Source of the DNA: Malacoraja senta
Lineage: Eukaryota
DNA: 64,000 bases
Assembly: GCA_038087875.1 (NCBI GenBank)
Contig: CM075988.1
Location: 5,890,001-5,954,000 of the forward strand
Reading direction: 5' to 3'
A program made the translations under genes and the position numbers. The stretch's first letter is position 1. Every line of letters starts with the position of its first letter. Positions 1 to 13,617 of the stretch are shown here, one piece after another. Under the pieces are notes generated by a model. The model saw only the letters and a list, made by a program, of their open reading frames with translations, had not been told where the DNA came from and searched no databases.

Positions 1-354
1 ACCTGTGAGCTGCACAAGCTTACTAGATATTGGGCAATTGCCTGTGACCTTTGCTGTTGCATATCAGGAAAGTATTTGGCAAGATTTCCATGATTGTATG
101 TTTTTAACACTACAGTTTGGATTACTTAGTGTTTTTAATGTCATAAAATACTTAAGCGTTTCACAAAGTTTTGTTAAACAAAATCTGATTCTGCTACTTA
201 ATATATATATATAGTACAACAGCGGATTAAAGAAAGATTTTAAGAAATCATGAAAGAGGAGAGGTCAAGATGTTTACTAAGGGATTTTTAGAATTTTGGA
301 TCTAGGTAGCAGAAGGCATGGCAATCAAAATTAAGAGTTTAGAAGGATGATGGA

Positions 355-735
355 GGATCTTATTGAAACCTGTCAAATAACAAAAGGCCTAGATAGCGTG
401 GATGTGAGGAGGATGTTTCCAATCGTGGGTGAGCCTAGAATCAGAGAGTGCAGCTTCAGAATAAAAGGATGTACCTTTGGAATAGAGATGAGGAGAAATG
501 TCTTTAGCCAGAGCGTGTGAAATTCTGTGGAATTCATTGCCACCGTAGGCAGTGGAGGCCAAGTCATTGGGTATTTTTACAGTGGAGATTGATACATTCT
601 TGATTAGTAATGGTGTCAAAGGTTTCAGGGAAAAGGCAGGAGAATGGGGTTAAATGGGGGAAAAAAATAGATCGTCCATCATCAAATGGCAGAGCCGACT
701 CGATGGGCAGATTAGCCCAATTCTGCTCCTATATC
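355..735 (+). mobile_element. CR1-type LINE 3' end, degraded
   Basis: GGATCTTATTGAAACC...GAATTCATTGCCAC..GCAGTGGAGGCC...AATTCTGCTCCTAT tail. Confidence 0.7.
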
Positions 736-1652
736 TAACGAACATCAATAAAGGTAACTGAATGTGAGCACAGACGTGGAGAGGTGTAGAGACACTGGAG
801 GGTTAGTGAAGATTACAGAGGTAAAGAGTGGTGACTTTGTTGGAATACAAGGTTGACATTTTTAAATTGACACCCTTTGAAACTATTTGAGACAGGCATC
901 ATGGAGGTGATGTGTGAAGGGAATTTTGAGTTGCCAGTGTGGATTTGGGAATTGAGGGTGTATTACACAAAGAGTGGAAAGTGGTCCACATGCTTGCATT
1001 TACCTTCATCTCACATTTTGCATTCACAAAGGTCTTCCAGCATAGAGAAAAGTTAAATATTGTTGTTTCAATGTTGAGCTGTGAGAATTTGTGCTTCTGT
1101 GACATTCTAGTGCGCTGACTGTGCTCTTGATATAAATAAATGATTATCAGATTTCAATGGCTAAGGTGGGGCTACATTAGTACTAGATACTTAAATGGTT
1201 TATTCCAAAGAAACAAGCTGTTTTCATGTATAACCTTTAACAAAATAACATTTCATCAAAAAGTGAAAAATGCATTCCAAGACTTGTTAGATGGAGTAAC
1301 CAAAGTTTGAGATGAGCTTTCAGAAAAATGTTTTAGAACAGGGAGAAGGAGTAAGAGGTTGTGGGAGCTTAGGAGAGAAATGCTAAAGCCTGATGCCTAG
1401 GCAACTGAAAATTGTAAGTGGAAGTTAGTGCAGTATAGAAAATGTGGTTAATGGTTGATGCAGAGGAAATTATAGATGGGAGGGTTAAGGTTATATAAAT
1501 ACAAGGAGAAATTTCAGGTTATGAGGCACTTGGCGTTAATCTTGCTCTGTTCTAATGGCAAAGGTACGTGAGGGTAACCTCTTGGTTTTTGATGAGTTGT
1601 GGGATGAGAAGTTTCCATGGGATCATTGGATAATTGTCTGGAAGTCCAAAAG

Positions 1653-2200
1653 TCATAGTGATACAGTTTGGAAACAGGCCCTTCGGCCCAACTTGCCCAG
1701 ACCGGCCAACATGTCCCACTTACCTGCGCTTGGTCCATATCCCTCCAAACCTGTCCTATCCATGTACCTGTCTAACTGTTTCTTAAACGTTGGGATAGTC
1801 CCAGCCTCAACTACCTCATCTGGCAGCTTGTTCCACACACCCACCACCCTCTGTATGAAAAAGTTACCCCTCAGATTCCTATTAAATCTTTTCCCCTTCA
1901 CCTTGAACCTATGTCCTCTGGTCCTCAATTCCCCTACTCTGGGCAAGAGACTCTGTGCATCGACCCAATCTATTCCTCTCATGATTTTGTACACCTCTAT
2001 AAGATCACCCCTCATCCTCCTGCATTCCAAGAAATAGAGACCCGGCCTACTCAACCTCTCCCTATAGTTCAGACCCTCTAGTCCTGGCAACAACCTCGTC
2101 AATCTCTAAACCCTTTCAAGCTTGACAATATCTTTCCTATAACATGTGCCCAGAACTGAACACAATACTCTAAATGCGGTCTCACCAACGTTTTATACGT
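1653..2200 (-). mobile_element. CR1-type LINE 3' end
   Basis: ORF 1653-2102 (YRERL..LE.RRMRGDLIEVYKIM...TRGH...FF.QRVV..WN.LP) typical of the CR1 ORF2 C-terminus. Confidence 0.85.
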
Positions 2201-2819
2201 TATAAGTCTTGAATGAAGATTTTACCTGAAGTAGAATGGAGGTGCTTGACATTATGGTTGACTTTTATGAAGCAGAATAGATGGGATTGGAAGCATAGGA
2301 TCGGGATTGAAGAGGACGATGTGGCTGCAAACAATTTTAGTTAGCTCTGAGACTGGCCGGGTAGGGGATGGAATTATTGGGGATCTTTTCTGGTATTGAC
2401 AACGGCAGGTCACTTCAGTCTACCCAATTAAATAGTTGGAATAGAGGAATCTATAGTTTATTTAGTTCTGACCATCACTCTGAGAATGCACAGGCACTAG
2501 ATGAATGGAGGGAAGTAGTGGGCAAGTTTTACCATCCGTGCAGCTGTGAAAGTTAACCCCATGAAATAAAGAAGTATGGTACTGGTATTTACAGATGGAA
2601 GGCCGCAATAATCCACAGGAAGAGAAACCATTGTTCAAGTTCTGTTGATAGTTAATCTAATGTGAACAGAATGTCTCAACCAAATTGCATGGTGACAAAT
2701 CGTGTGATCAACTGTGTCAAGCTGTTGACCCGTTAGTATAATGTTTCATGGTCACAATTCGCACATCTCAGTCAAGAACTTGCATTCAGACTTATTTGCT
2801 GTCTCTGTTTGCTTTCTAG

Positions 2820-2958
2820 GGCCGAGGTGCATTGCAGGATATTGACCAGCTGTCACTTTTCAAAACACTCTGTAAATTCTGTGGCACAGTTCGGACAGTC
2901 CGAGACATCGTTCCAGTGCTCCGGAAGGCTATTGCGGTGGCACAATCGGGAACTCCAG
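2820..2958 (+). CDS. ILVBL: ILVBL/HACL2 internal coding exon (first seen in window): GRGALQDIDQLSLFKTLCKFCGTVRTVRDIVPVLRKAIAVAQSGTP
   Basis: ttctag acceptor and gtacg donor; translation matches recalled vertebrate ILVBL (RGALQ..DQLSLF..LCKFC..VRDIVP..AQSGTPG); phases fit downstream exons. Upstream exons lie outside the window. Confidence 0.95.
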
Positions 2959-4479
2959 GTACGAAACCAGGCATATTCACTGACTATGGGGAACAGCTTT
3001 TATAATCACAGGTGCCAAAGCAGCGAAAATAGATTTAAATAATAAATTTAGCATGTCTTTTGTGAGATGAGGGAGAAAGAGGAACGGTTGATGTTTCTTC
3101 CTTCAGAAGATTTTTTTTCACTTTCAGGGAAGAGTAATTCAACTTTATTTCTCACAACTGATCCAGGACATGAAAGGCAGGATTAAATCTCATCAACCCA
3201 GAGTAGAAATATCATAGTGAATTTATTTTCCAGTGATTTCAGTTGTCATCAGAAAGCACTGAGTGACGTTTTTTTGGAAGGGAACATTGCATTTCTGTCA
3301 GGAATGCTCCAATATTCAGATATATTTTATATCCTCAAGCTTTTAAGATCAGCATTGTTGGGTGAGATGCAGGTTAAAGCTTCCTTGCAACAATTAATCC
3401 GAGAGTCTGAAGAAGGGTCTCGATCTGAAGCGTCACCCATTCCTTCTCTCCAGAGATGCTGCCTGTCCTGCTGAGTTACTCCAGCTTTTTGTGTCTATCT
3501 TCTTTTTAAACCAGCATCTGCAGTTCCTTCCTACACAATCCAAAAGCAGGTATGCCCGGAGTTATAGCAAGGTAAAGCTTTCTCTGCTTTTAATCCAGAA
3601 TATGTCTTGGCCCTGGAAGGGTGCAGCCTGCTCATACTGGGAGAGGCAAACATTTGGGTATGCAGCTATGGGACATTTGTTTTTTTACCAACTTAACAGT
3701 TAATATGACTTGGAGAAAAAAGGAACTGCAGATACAGAACAAAAAAAACACACATTGCTGGAGTAACTCCAGCACAGTGGCCCTGCGGTACAGCGCCAGA
3801 GAGGCGGGCTCATGCCTGACCTTAGGTGCTGTCTCTATGAAGTTTGTATGTTCTCCGCATGGGTTTCCTCCGAGTGCTCCGGTTTCCTCCCACATTCCAT
3901 AGATGTGCAAATTTGTAGGTTAATTGACTTCTGTAAATTGATCCTAGTGTGTAAGACAGAACGTGTGCGGGTGATTGCTGGCATGGACTCGGTGGGCCAA
4001 AGTGCCTGTTTCCATGCTGTATCTCTAAACTCAGTGAGTCAGGCAGCATCCTGGAGGACATAAATAGGTGACATTTCAGGTCAGGACTGTTCTTCACAAA
4101 GTCTTCAAAGGGGTAGGGAAGAATCTGACAATATTCTAGCTTATTGAAGGACTGTTCAGAAGCCTAATAACGAGAGAAGCTGTTCCTGAGTGACGGTGCA
4201 TGTTTTCAAGCTTCTATATCTTCTGCCCAACAGGGCGGGAAGAAGAAGGAAGGACTGGATTGGGATTACTTTGATTATGTTGGCTGCTTATCAGAGGCAG
4301 CATGAAGTGTAGTGGCATTTCGGAGAAGCTTAATGTATAATGGAGAAATGCTTGCAGATGACAACCAGTATGCTCTGTGTTCCCATATTGTCAAATATCA
4401 ACTATTCTTGTACCTACTATCATAAGCCAAAATGCTTGGAAGTTAAAAACATTTTTGCACTCATTTGGTATCTGCTTAG

Positions 4480-4591
4480 GACCTGTGTTCGTTGAGTTTC
4501 CAATTGATGTCCTCTACCCATATCACGTGGTTCAGAGAGAAATCATACCAAAGACGGCACCCAAAGGACTTATGGGAAAATCCGTAAGCTG
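4480..4591 (+). CDS. ILVBL: ILVBL exon: GPVFVEFPIDVLYPYHVVQREIIPKTAPKGLMGKSVSW
   Basis: AG/GT boundaries (cttag, gtgag); GPVFVE.P.DVLYPY motif. Confidence 0.95.
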
Positions 4592-6259
4592 GTGAGTTTA
4601 TTAACACAGCTAATATTGACTGTTTATTAGTTGGGCAGAGAATAAACCAATGTAACTGATATAAGGTTGTTCACTATAATTGAATCTTTTAAATGACTGC
4701 TGACCAATTGAGCTGAATAGTTCACTAAGTTATCTTTTCATTAAGCTCTATATATTTCAGACACTGATGGGCAATTTTTTTCACAGCATTGTTTGTCAGC
4801 CTTAGTGCAGACTAACGGTGGTAGGAAGATGGGATACATAGATCTGTCAGGAGGAGCTGGTGTCGTTTATTTTTTCCCCCCATTTTATTTTATTTTTTGC
4901 TCCATTATCCATTATCTCCATTGGCAATAACTGAACATGGCCACAAGTATTGCTTTCCGATTTTCTTTCCCTTAGTGCTGCAGGACATTTCCATGGGCAC
5001 CTTTCAGCATCTCACTCGTGGCCATTTTCCCAATCTGAGCCCAGAAAGTGAGTGTGAATGGCCAATTCAAACGTGGAGGCATCTCAGCAGAGCTGGCCCA
5101 GTCTTCACCCAGAAACCGCACACTTTCCAGTAGAGGTAAGCTGGCTAGGGATTGGGAACTGGAACACTGGCTGTTTTTCTTTTCCCCTTTCCTAGACAGG
5201 GGTGCAGAGCCTAAGAATACCCCCATGTGCTGACCACTCTTATTTCTGTTAAATAAATAACCGTGGAAAGAAAGTGTGTCCATTTTTCTCAGTTCTATTT
5301 GGGTATGCGGGAGTTTTGTTGCAGTGAAAGAAATTAGTGGTGGACTCAAGTCAGAACTCATCACTGTTCCCACCCCCCAAAATATCAGCATATTTGCTTA
5401 AAACTAGTTTTATTGAATGTTTGCAGCTTGTTTTTGATCAATAGAACCGAGTCATTTTTATTAGCCTTTCTGTGTTACTGTCAACATCTCTTTTGCATGT
5501 TGTGTCACACAATACTAGACATGGAATAATCGAGCCACAGTAAACTGATTAGTGATAGTGTTGTGAGTAGATAGAATTACAGTAAATCCTCAAACCTCTT
5601 TATAACGGATATTGGTTATAGCGGAAAGAGCGTCCCGACAGTAATCAGACACAACAGTCTCTTTAAGAACAGGCTGCTAGTTACACTACAGAGGCCATTG
5701 AATCCACCAAATGCAGGAGTAACTCAGAGGGTCAGGCAGCATCTCTGGGGGAAAAAAAGGATTGCTGACGTTTTCGGTCGGGACCCTTCTTCAGACCCAA
5801 AAAGATTCTTCGGGTCACCTTTTTCTCCAGAGATGCTGTCTGACCAACTGAGTTACTCCAGCACTTTGTATCTATCACAGGAAACTGCAGGTTACTTACC
5901 TTAACATCTGTTGTTGGGGAAATGTTAAAACTATTAAAGTTTGTATCACATTAAAAAAAAATCAAGGCAACCAGACAAAACCCAAGTGATTTAATGCAAT
6001 GGAAATAGCGTTTGAACAATTTATTAGAGAGCGTTGATAAAATGCCAGCTTCTATGGATAATGGAGCTGTTTGGGCTGCACTGGAGACTTTGGTCTTTTT
6101 TATTTTTGCACTATATTGGATTTTATATTTATTGAACATTGTGTTATGTATTGAGTGCCATTTTTACAAACCAGTTGTGCTGCTGTTGCGCATAAGACTT
6201 TCTTTGTTCTGTTTTGGCACACAAGACAATAAAACACTCTTTACCCACTGTGGAGAAGA

Positions 6260-8110
6260 AAATAGGTATTCCATATTTGGGTTTCCAACGATAGTTGAAA
6301 AGGTGCCTCATCGAAGATTATTGCAGAGAGTAAAAGCTTGTGGTACAGGAGGCAATGTATTGACTTAGATAGAAGATTAGCTGGATAACAAGAAACACGG
6401 AGGAGGCTGGAATGGGTCTTTTTCTCTTTGTCAAGGTGTAACAGATAGTGTGCCCATCGTAGGCAGTGCTGGGACCTTAACCTTTTACAGTTGATATAAA
6501 TGGATGAAGTAGTTGAAGATGTTGCCAGGTTTGCTGATGAATCAAAGATGGATAGAACATTCTGAAGAAGGGTTTCGGCCCGAAACGTTGCCTATTTCCT
6601 TCGCTCCATAGATGCTGCTGCACCCGCTGAGTTTCTCCAGCATTTTTGTGTACCATGGATAGAACATTAATTTGGGAAGAGGTGAGGAAGCCACAAAATG
6701 GGTTATGTGAGTTCTGGCAAATGGAGTTTGATGGACAAAAGACGTGAAATTGTCTATTAGTTTACTTTGGAGATACAGTGCAGAAACAGACCCTGTGTCC
6801 CTGCCGACCAGCGATTTCCCCCTTACACTTATACTATCCTACACACACTAAGGACAATTTGCAATTATGCCAAGCCAATTAGCCTACAAACCTGTATGTC
6901 TTTGGATAATGTATGTAGGTATTAAGCAAGAAAAATAAAGAAGCCTATTGTCCATGTTATCTGAATGTGAGAAGCTGCAGTCTTCTGAAAGTGGTCTTGT
7001 ACGTGATTTGCAAAAGTCTAGATTTGCAGGTAGAACGTGTAATTGGGGAAACTAACAATCTATTTTGAAGAAATACATTCAGTATTTCAGTAAGAAACTC
7101 AGTCTGAAGAAGGGTCTTGACCTGAAACATCACCTATTCCTTCGCTCCATAGATGCTGCCTCACCCGCTGAGTTTCTCCAGCATTTTTGTCTAACGTATT
7201 TTGTTCGATTAACACAAAATGCTGGAAAAGGGTCTTGGCTCAATGTCACCCATTACTTCTCTACAGAGATGTTGCCTGCCCGCTGAGTTTCTCCAGCATT
7301 TTGTGTTTGTCTTTGTTTTTTAACCAGCATCGCAGTTCCTTCCTACACAATGTATTTTGCTAGGGACATTGATATGAAAGAAAAGAGGTTGTGCTTCAAT
7401 TATATAGAGCACAGGTGACAATGGATACTGTAGTATTAGCACTGTGTAGACCTCTTTATTTAAGGAAAAATATAGATGATGGATGCCGTTTGCAAAAGGT
7501 TTATTGGATTAAAATATTAAGTTGGACATGCTAGGCTTATTCCCCTTTAGAAGAGTAAATGGGGAACTTCACATGGTGAATGTTGAGAGAATGTTTGAAA
7601 CGTATAAAATCCTGAGGAATCTCAACAGTTCCCCAGATACAGTTTTTATAGATCAAGTGTTCGCTTTGTTAAATTTTCTTTTTAAATATCCATAGAAACT
7701 CTAATTTCTGGTCAGCTTTGTCTTCTACTACAATTTTGCGGTACTAAGTATTCTTCCAATCCTTCTTTCCTCTTGATGTGGAGGATATTTCCTTGTGGAA
7801 GAATCCATAGAAAAACACTGAGTGCTGGAGTAGCTCAATGGGTCAGGCAGCATCTCTGTAGGAGGAAATAGATAGGCAACTAGATGTTGCTGTTGAAAAA
7901 TAAGAGACCATCCACTGATATGATATGAGGCACAATTTTTCTGAGGGTTGTGAGTCTGTGAAACTGCAGAACTTGCCCTTCTGAGGAAGAGTCTTAGAAC
8001 ATTGTTAAACGAAGGTTGACAGATTCTTGCTAAGCATGGGTTGGTGCGTTACCAGGAGTCAGTGGAAACATGGAAGTGCAGTTGCAATTAAATTGGCCAT
8101 TTTCTTGAAT
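6260..8110 (+). mobile_element. Old fragmented CR1/L2-type RT, interrupted by SINE and pLTR inserts
   Basis: EKVPHRRLLQRVKACGTGG, RFADESK remnants. Confidence 0.55.
6562..6654 (+). mobile_element. Solo ~93-nt Penelope-pLTR-derived unit with minimal hammerhead core and 14-bp TSD
   Basis: ATGGATAGAACATT at 6548-6561 and 6655-6668; insert starts CTGAAGA AGGG TTTCGG CCC GAAAC GTT. Confidence 0.8.
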
Positions 8111-8508
8111 AACAGACCAGCCCATTCCTGCATCTATTTCACGTGTGCACGCATGTATTTTCATTTGACTTTGATGATACTATTGCAACATTTTTATTCA
8201 ATACTCGGATAGTTGTTACTTGGACAGCACTAATTTTGGATCTCGGCTCTTTAGAGAAGCGCACAATCATTACTCATCATTTAGGCTGCCCGTAGTGACA
8301 TTACTCATCTAAACCCTAACAGAATTAAATAAGCACCCAGTGGCTGATGGTATCTGTGGAAATCTTCCACAGGAAAGACAGCTGTTTGGCATTAAAGGGG
8401 ATGTGTATGTTTTTTTTCATCAATTCTCAGGGAGAGAATAGTGTTAAGATAAGAATAAGATTCCTTGTGTGTAACAAAAATCACTTATCTCACTGCCTCA
8501 CTTTGTAG

Positions 8509-8608
8509 GTATCTACAGAACCATCTACATAACTTGTTTGCTGGAGCCTGGGATGCAAGAGACGTGTCTCCTTTGCCAGTGGATGTACCCATGGCCACTG
8601 CTGTCGAG
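8509..8608 (+). CDS. ILVBL: ILVBL exon: YLQNHLHNLFAGAWDARDVSPLPVDVPMATAVE
   Basis: ttgtag/gtagat; NLFAGAW motif; phase 2 in, phase 0 out. Confidence 0.93.
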
Positions 8609-11600
8609 GTAGATCCCTGAAACTTCTGATACTCTGTATGCAAATTAATATTTATACAGCACCAAAAGGAATTTGTGTCGGCTACAAAAGAAGATATGTG
8701 ACCTTTAGGAATAACTAATTCACAGTCTGAAGAAGGGTCCCAACCCAAAACGTCACCTATCCATGTTATCCAGAAATGTTGCCTGACTGATTTTTTTTTT
8801 TCAAACCTGCATCTGCAGTTCCTTATTTCTCCTTTCTCGCATCTCTTCTTACAATCTTTTCTTAAATTGAAGTCTATTTCCCAGAGTGGAAATGACATGG
8901 TTCATAAATTGCCACCAAACAATAGCCTATTTTGTTTTGAGTGAGGGGAAGTCCAGACTTAACCCCTTCAGTGCCAGTATAACCTTTTAATTACTTGAAT
9001 TTTTAAAATCTTGCTACTTAGTATAATACAGAATGGAGCCAGCAAAGTATTTTTGGCCTATCAGGAACATGTTGGCTCCCAACAAGGCAATTATTTCAGT
9101 TACATTTCCTTCCTCTATATTTCCTTGTAACTTTTCTCCTTCACATTTTCAACAACTCTGTATCTCATTATTTTTTACACTAACTGACACTAATGAGTAG
9201 TGTACAATCACCACGTAACGTATCCGAATGTGGGAGGAAACGAGAGCACCTGGTGGAAACTCACATGCAAACATGTGGAGAACATGCAAACTCCACACAG
9301 ATAACATCCAAAGTCAGGATTGAACCTGCATTCCTGGACCTGCGAGGCAGTAGTATTTTATGCAGCACCAGTATGCAGCCTTTCTAATTCATCTCCCTAA
9401 ATGTCTTAATGCATGTCCAACTGTTGGTTGATTAGTGAGTAATGTATAGCGTAGTTTTCAAGTTAACTTTGTTGGCGTTGGCAGGCAAAAATCTTGTTAT
9501 TCTACCTGTTTGTATGGTGTAAAACGAGTATCCTGCATTAATAGGTATAAGATCTTAAGACACAGGAGCAGAATTAGGTCATTCAACCCATCGAGTCTGC
9601 ACTGCCATTTGATCATGGCCGATCTATATTTTTCTCTCTCAACCTCATTCTCCTAACACCCTTAGTAATCAAGAACCTATCGATTTCTGCTTTAAAAATA
9701 CCCAATAACTTGAGTTGTTTATTGTCAATGACGGCCTCCACAGCCAGCATAATCTAGTCATTCTTTGTTAAATATACCCCATGTTCCTTAATATCATCTC
9801 TTCTGCATAACATGACAGGTGAAGAAATTGCTGCATGCCCATCACTGCCAATTCCAATAAAAACACATGACAAGCAGTGAGTGATATTAATGTATCTCTT
9901 GCAGGAACTGGCAGTGTTCCCACAGCTAATTAGAAAATACTCTACACTCATCTGCCCTTGTCTCTTCTAAAAACACAATTGGCTATTAAAACAGAAAATG
10001 CTGGTGGCTTCTGTGAACCAGAAATTAAGCTAGCATCTCAAGTCAATTAAATTTCATCAGAACTAGGAAAAATTGGGAGATAAAACTAGTTTTAAGCAGT
10101 CGAGATTGGTGAATGAGCCAGAGAGAACCAAAGGGAATATCTATCATAGTATGGACAGAATAGAGGTAGTGGACAAAGTAATGTCAATGCTCTCTGACAA
10201 AGGATGATAAAGAATTGTGAATAACAAATTATATATCAGGCGGAAGTGTTAGTCAGAGAAGGTAATCATATGAAATTTAGAGACGAGAAGTAAAAACTGA
10301 ATGATACAAGGCTGGCGTGGCTGATAATATGAAATTGTTGAGACAGTATTGGAAATCAAATGTGGCATGCATTGCCAATCTGAGTATTTCCAATACTTGC
10401 TATGTTTTCCCAGCATCCGTGCCATTTTGCTTCAGAGTCAACTGAGGTTGTGCTCGCATTCACTGTGCAATGTCTTTCATGCAGTATAGATGTATTGAGA
10501 CTGAAGCTGAAATGGTAATGAATGAGCATGGCTGTGAATATCATAGTTTGAAAAGCTTACCAAAAGCCATTCGAAACCTAGGCAAAGAACCAGAGAGTGA
10601 TAACGTCTCAGGCATCTCTCACAAGTGAAGGATGTTGAGGCTGATTGAAACTACCTTATCAGTAGGGTGATGAAAATGATTAACAGCACTGAGATAGGAC
10701 CGTACTGGATAGGTCTTGTTTTCTCATCAACATGCACACACTGCCCGATTCCAGGTGCAGAGTTCCAACTTTAGAATCCAGCAGCACAATCTAAATGGCT
10801 GCTGGAAATTGGGGAACATAAGGCGATGCCACTGTGTACAAGAAACTCCTTGATATATTTCTGCTTCTGCTATAGGTACAAACAGAGCTTTGTCACCAAA
10901 GAGGCATGTCTCATCAGTTGGTAGAGAATTAAAAAAAACTATGAAAAGTGCAGTAACTAATTGCAAATATAAAATTGAAAAATGTTGATTAAAAACACAA
11001 TGTGCTTTTGAATAATTAAAACACTAAACTGGATCAAAATAATTTAAAAAAAATGTACCTTTACATTTTGTGTCCTAATTCGTATCCCTAGAATCCCTGA
11101 TGATATGATGCCTGGACAAATCACCTCTTGGATCATGTTCTGATGCAGAACGTGATCCCAGTGTTGATTTTTTTTCCAGTGTAATGCTGGCAAATTCTAG
11201 CAGGATCTTGCCCTGCCATTGAACTGTATGCAGAGATCAATGGTTCAATGGTGCCTTATTGTCACGTGTACCGAAATTATGCCAGATGCATTTCCACATC
11301 CTGACGTTACACACATGGAAGCCTGGGCATTAACCACCCTCCCAGGGCATGAGTACCAGCACTTGTAATTGAAACTGCTGCAAAAGCCAGCCAAATCACA
11401 TCTGCTATCAATCTTTCATGTTCTTTTCAGCTCAAGATCATTCAGTATTAATCAATGCGTGCATCAGTTGAATGTTTCCTGTATGTTATAAACACAGAAA
11501 ATGCTGGTAAATCCAGGCAGCTTCTTTAGAAGGAGAAAGAGTTAAACTTCCATGTTGAAGAATGACAGGGTATATTTGGTAATCTTCCTCTTTCCACGGG

Positions 11601-11738
11601 TGTTGCCTGACCTGCGGAACGTTTCCAGTATCTGCAGTTTTTAAAAATTTCAATTTTCAGTGTGATGCTCTGTGGTTATTGTATTTTGCATACACTGATT
11701 TTGCAGTGATTTCGGCAACTTTATTCTTGTTTCTTCAG

Positions 11739-11836
11739 GTGCAGAGCTGCGTTGAGATGGTGAGCAGGGCTAAAAAACCAGTCATTCTTCTTGGAAGCCA
11801 GGCAACACTCCCGCCTACACCAGTGAAGAAAGTCCA
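11739..11836 (+). CDS. ILVBL: ILVBL exon: VQSCVEMVSRAKKPVILLGSQATLPPTPVKKVQ
   Basis: ttcag/gtaag; SRAK.P...LGSQA motif. Confidence 0.95.
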
Positions 11837-12524
11837 GTAAGTTGGTAACTATCTGATATCTAAGGGATAATTTCCGTTGTCCGTGCTCCAGTTGAGTAGC
11901 CAGTTTAGTAGCTCATTATTATATGTGAAAGATAAATATAAATGGCAAAGCCTAAGATATTCTGCTGATTCAAATTTCAATTTGGTCTACGCTTGAAGCT
12001 GATGGATGGGTTTACTGTAAGAGGTATGTCTTCTAATGTTCAGAGTCAAAACATCACCACCAATTTGCTTGAAGATAGATGATACTTCTCTCCCAGGGGA
12101 AGATGTTGCAACTCTTCAGAGGATGTGGTAATCCTTTTTCCCCATTTTAGACACTGCAAAGCATTTATGATGCATTTAAAAAATGTATATCCAGATGTTT
12201 TGCACACAAACCCAAAGATATACAAATTAGTGGACTGCCATGTAAGTGTTTGATAGCATAGGTCTTTACTTTGGACATTAGAGATGCAGCATGGAAACAG
12301 GCCACCGAGTCCGCGTCGACCGGTGATCACCCTGCACACTAGCACTATCCTACACACTAGAGACAATTTACAGAAGCCAATTAATCTCCATACCTGCATG
12401 ATTTTGGAGTGTGGGAGGAAACCAGAGCACCCAGAGAAAACCTATACGGTCACAGGGAGAACGTATAAACTCCAGAAAGACAGCACCCGTAGTCGGGATC
12501 GAACCCAGGTCTCTGGTTCTGTAA

Positions 12525-13041
12525 AAGGCCTGTCTCACGAGTCTGCGGTCATTGGCGGTGAAACAGGAAGTATCTACCGCTCGTGGACCGTCAGAGACCG
12601 CGGGTTCGGTCAAACGCACACTGCCGGGGCCGTGCGGCGTTGGTCCCAACACCGCACGGTGCTCATAAAAAATCAACAATGTCTAAAAATATTTTCCTAC
12701 CGCACAGCCGGCGCCAGTGAGGCACGAGTGCGGCACGGTCACCGCCACAGCCGCCGCTAGTGCGGCACGAGCGCCGTGAGTCGAACTTTCACCGCCACAG
12801 CCGCCGCCAGTGAGGCACGTGTGCAGCACGGCCGCCGCCACAGCCCCGCGATCCGAAAGACGTCAGCGCGTTGCGCGATGACGTCATCACCCGACGCCGC
12901 TAGCTCGTGGAACCGGCCGTACGGAGATCACTCGGCCCCCGCTCAGCATCCGTGCGGCGCTCTCGTGGTTGCCGTGCGGTCCCCTCTTCCGGCGACGCCG
13001 CGCTTCACCGCCAATGACCGCAAACCCGTGGGACAGAGCCT
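12525..13041. mobile_element. CpG-rich PIF/Harbinger-like MITE inserted in a SINE
   Basis: ~40-bp imperfect TIRs (AGGCCTGTCTCACGAGTCTGCGGTCATTGGCGGTGAA / TTCACCGCCAATGACCGCAAACCCGTGGGACAGAGCCT), TAA TSD. Confidence 0.78.
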
Positions 13042-13231
13042 TAAGGCAGCAACTCTATCTCTGCCACCCTAATCAAGATGCTGTAGCTGCTGATGGTGCA
13101 AATAGTGCTTCGCGTGACTTTAGAACATACAGTATTTTCAGATCAATAGAAACTCTTATTAGTCAGAATTGCACAATTAATGGTCAACAGTCATTCAATG
13201 ATGCCTGACATGTACACTTTTTTCCAAATAG

Positions 13232-13368
13232 GTCAGCGTTGGAATCTCTGGCCATTCCCTGCTTCCTGGGAGGCATGGCTCGGGGAATGTTAGGAAGGGA
13301 CAGTCCCATTCATATCCGACAGAATCGAAGGGATGCTCTAAGAAAAGCTGACCTGGTCATTCTTGCAG
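13232..13368 (+). CDS. ILVBL: ILVBL exon: [45 protein letters not shown]
   Basis: aatag/gtcag; [10 protein letters not shown] motif. Confidence 0.95.
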
Positions 13369-13617
13369 GTCAGTATGCTGCTGACTGAATGGAGATCTTC
13401 ATCCATGATGTCTCGTGCTGGCGTCGACTGCTAAATAAATCTGAATAAAAGGACTCGTGCCTATTGTGAGAATGTCACATCATGGTTAACTTGAACTCTG
13501 ACTGTAATCAGGCGTCCTAACTGTCATGTTATTGTGTGGAATGACTGTGCTCTGAGTTCAGTGATTACAGATCCCCCCCCCCCCCCATAATCCAATGGCT
13601 TTATTTCCCCACAACAG

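Noticed and set aside
9770..9960. Unique non-repetitive intronic blocks (also ~4960-5290 and ~25360-25640) as conserved enhancers
   Set aside because: Cannot be supported without cross-species alignment
12284..13208. GC-rich ORFs of 79-158 aa
   Set aside because: Lie within the SINE and MITE; stop-poor because of GC content
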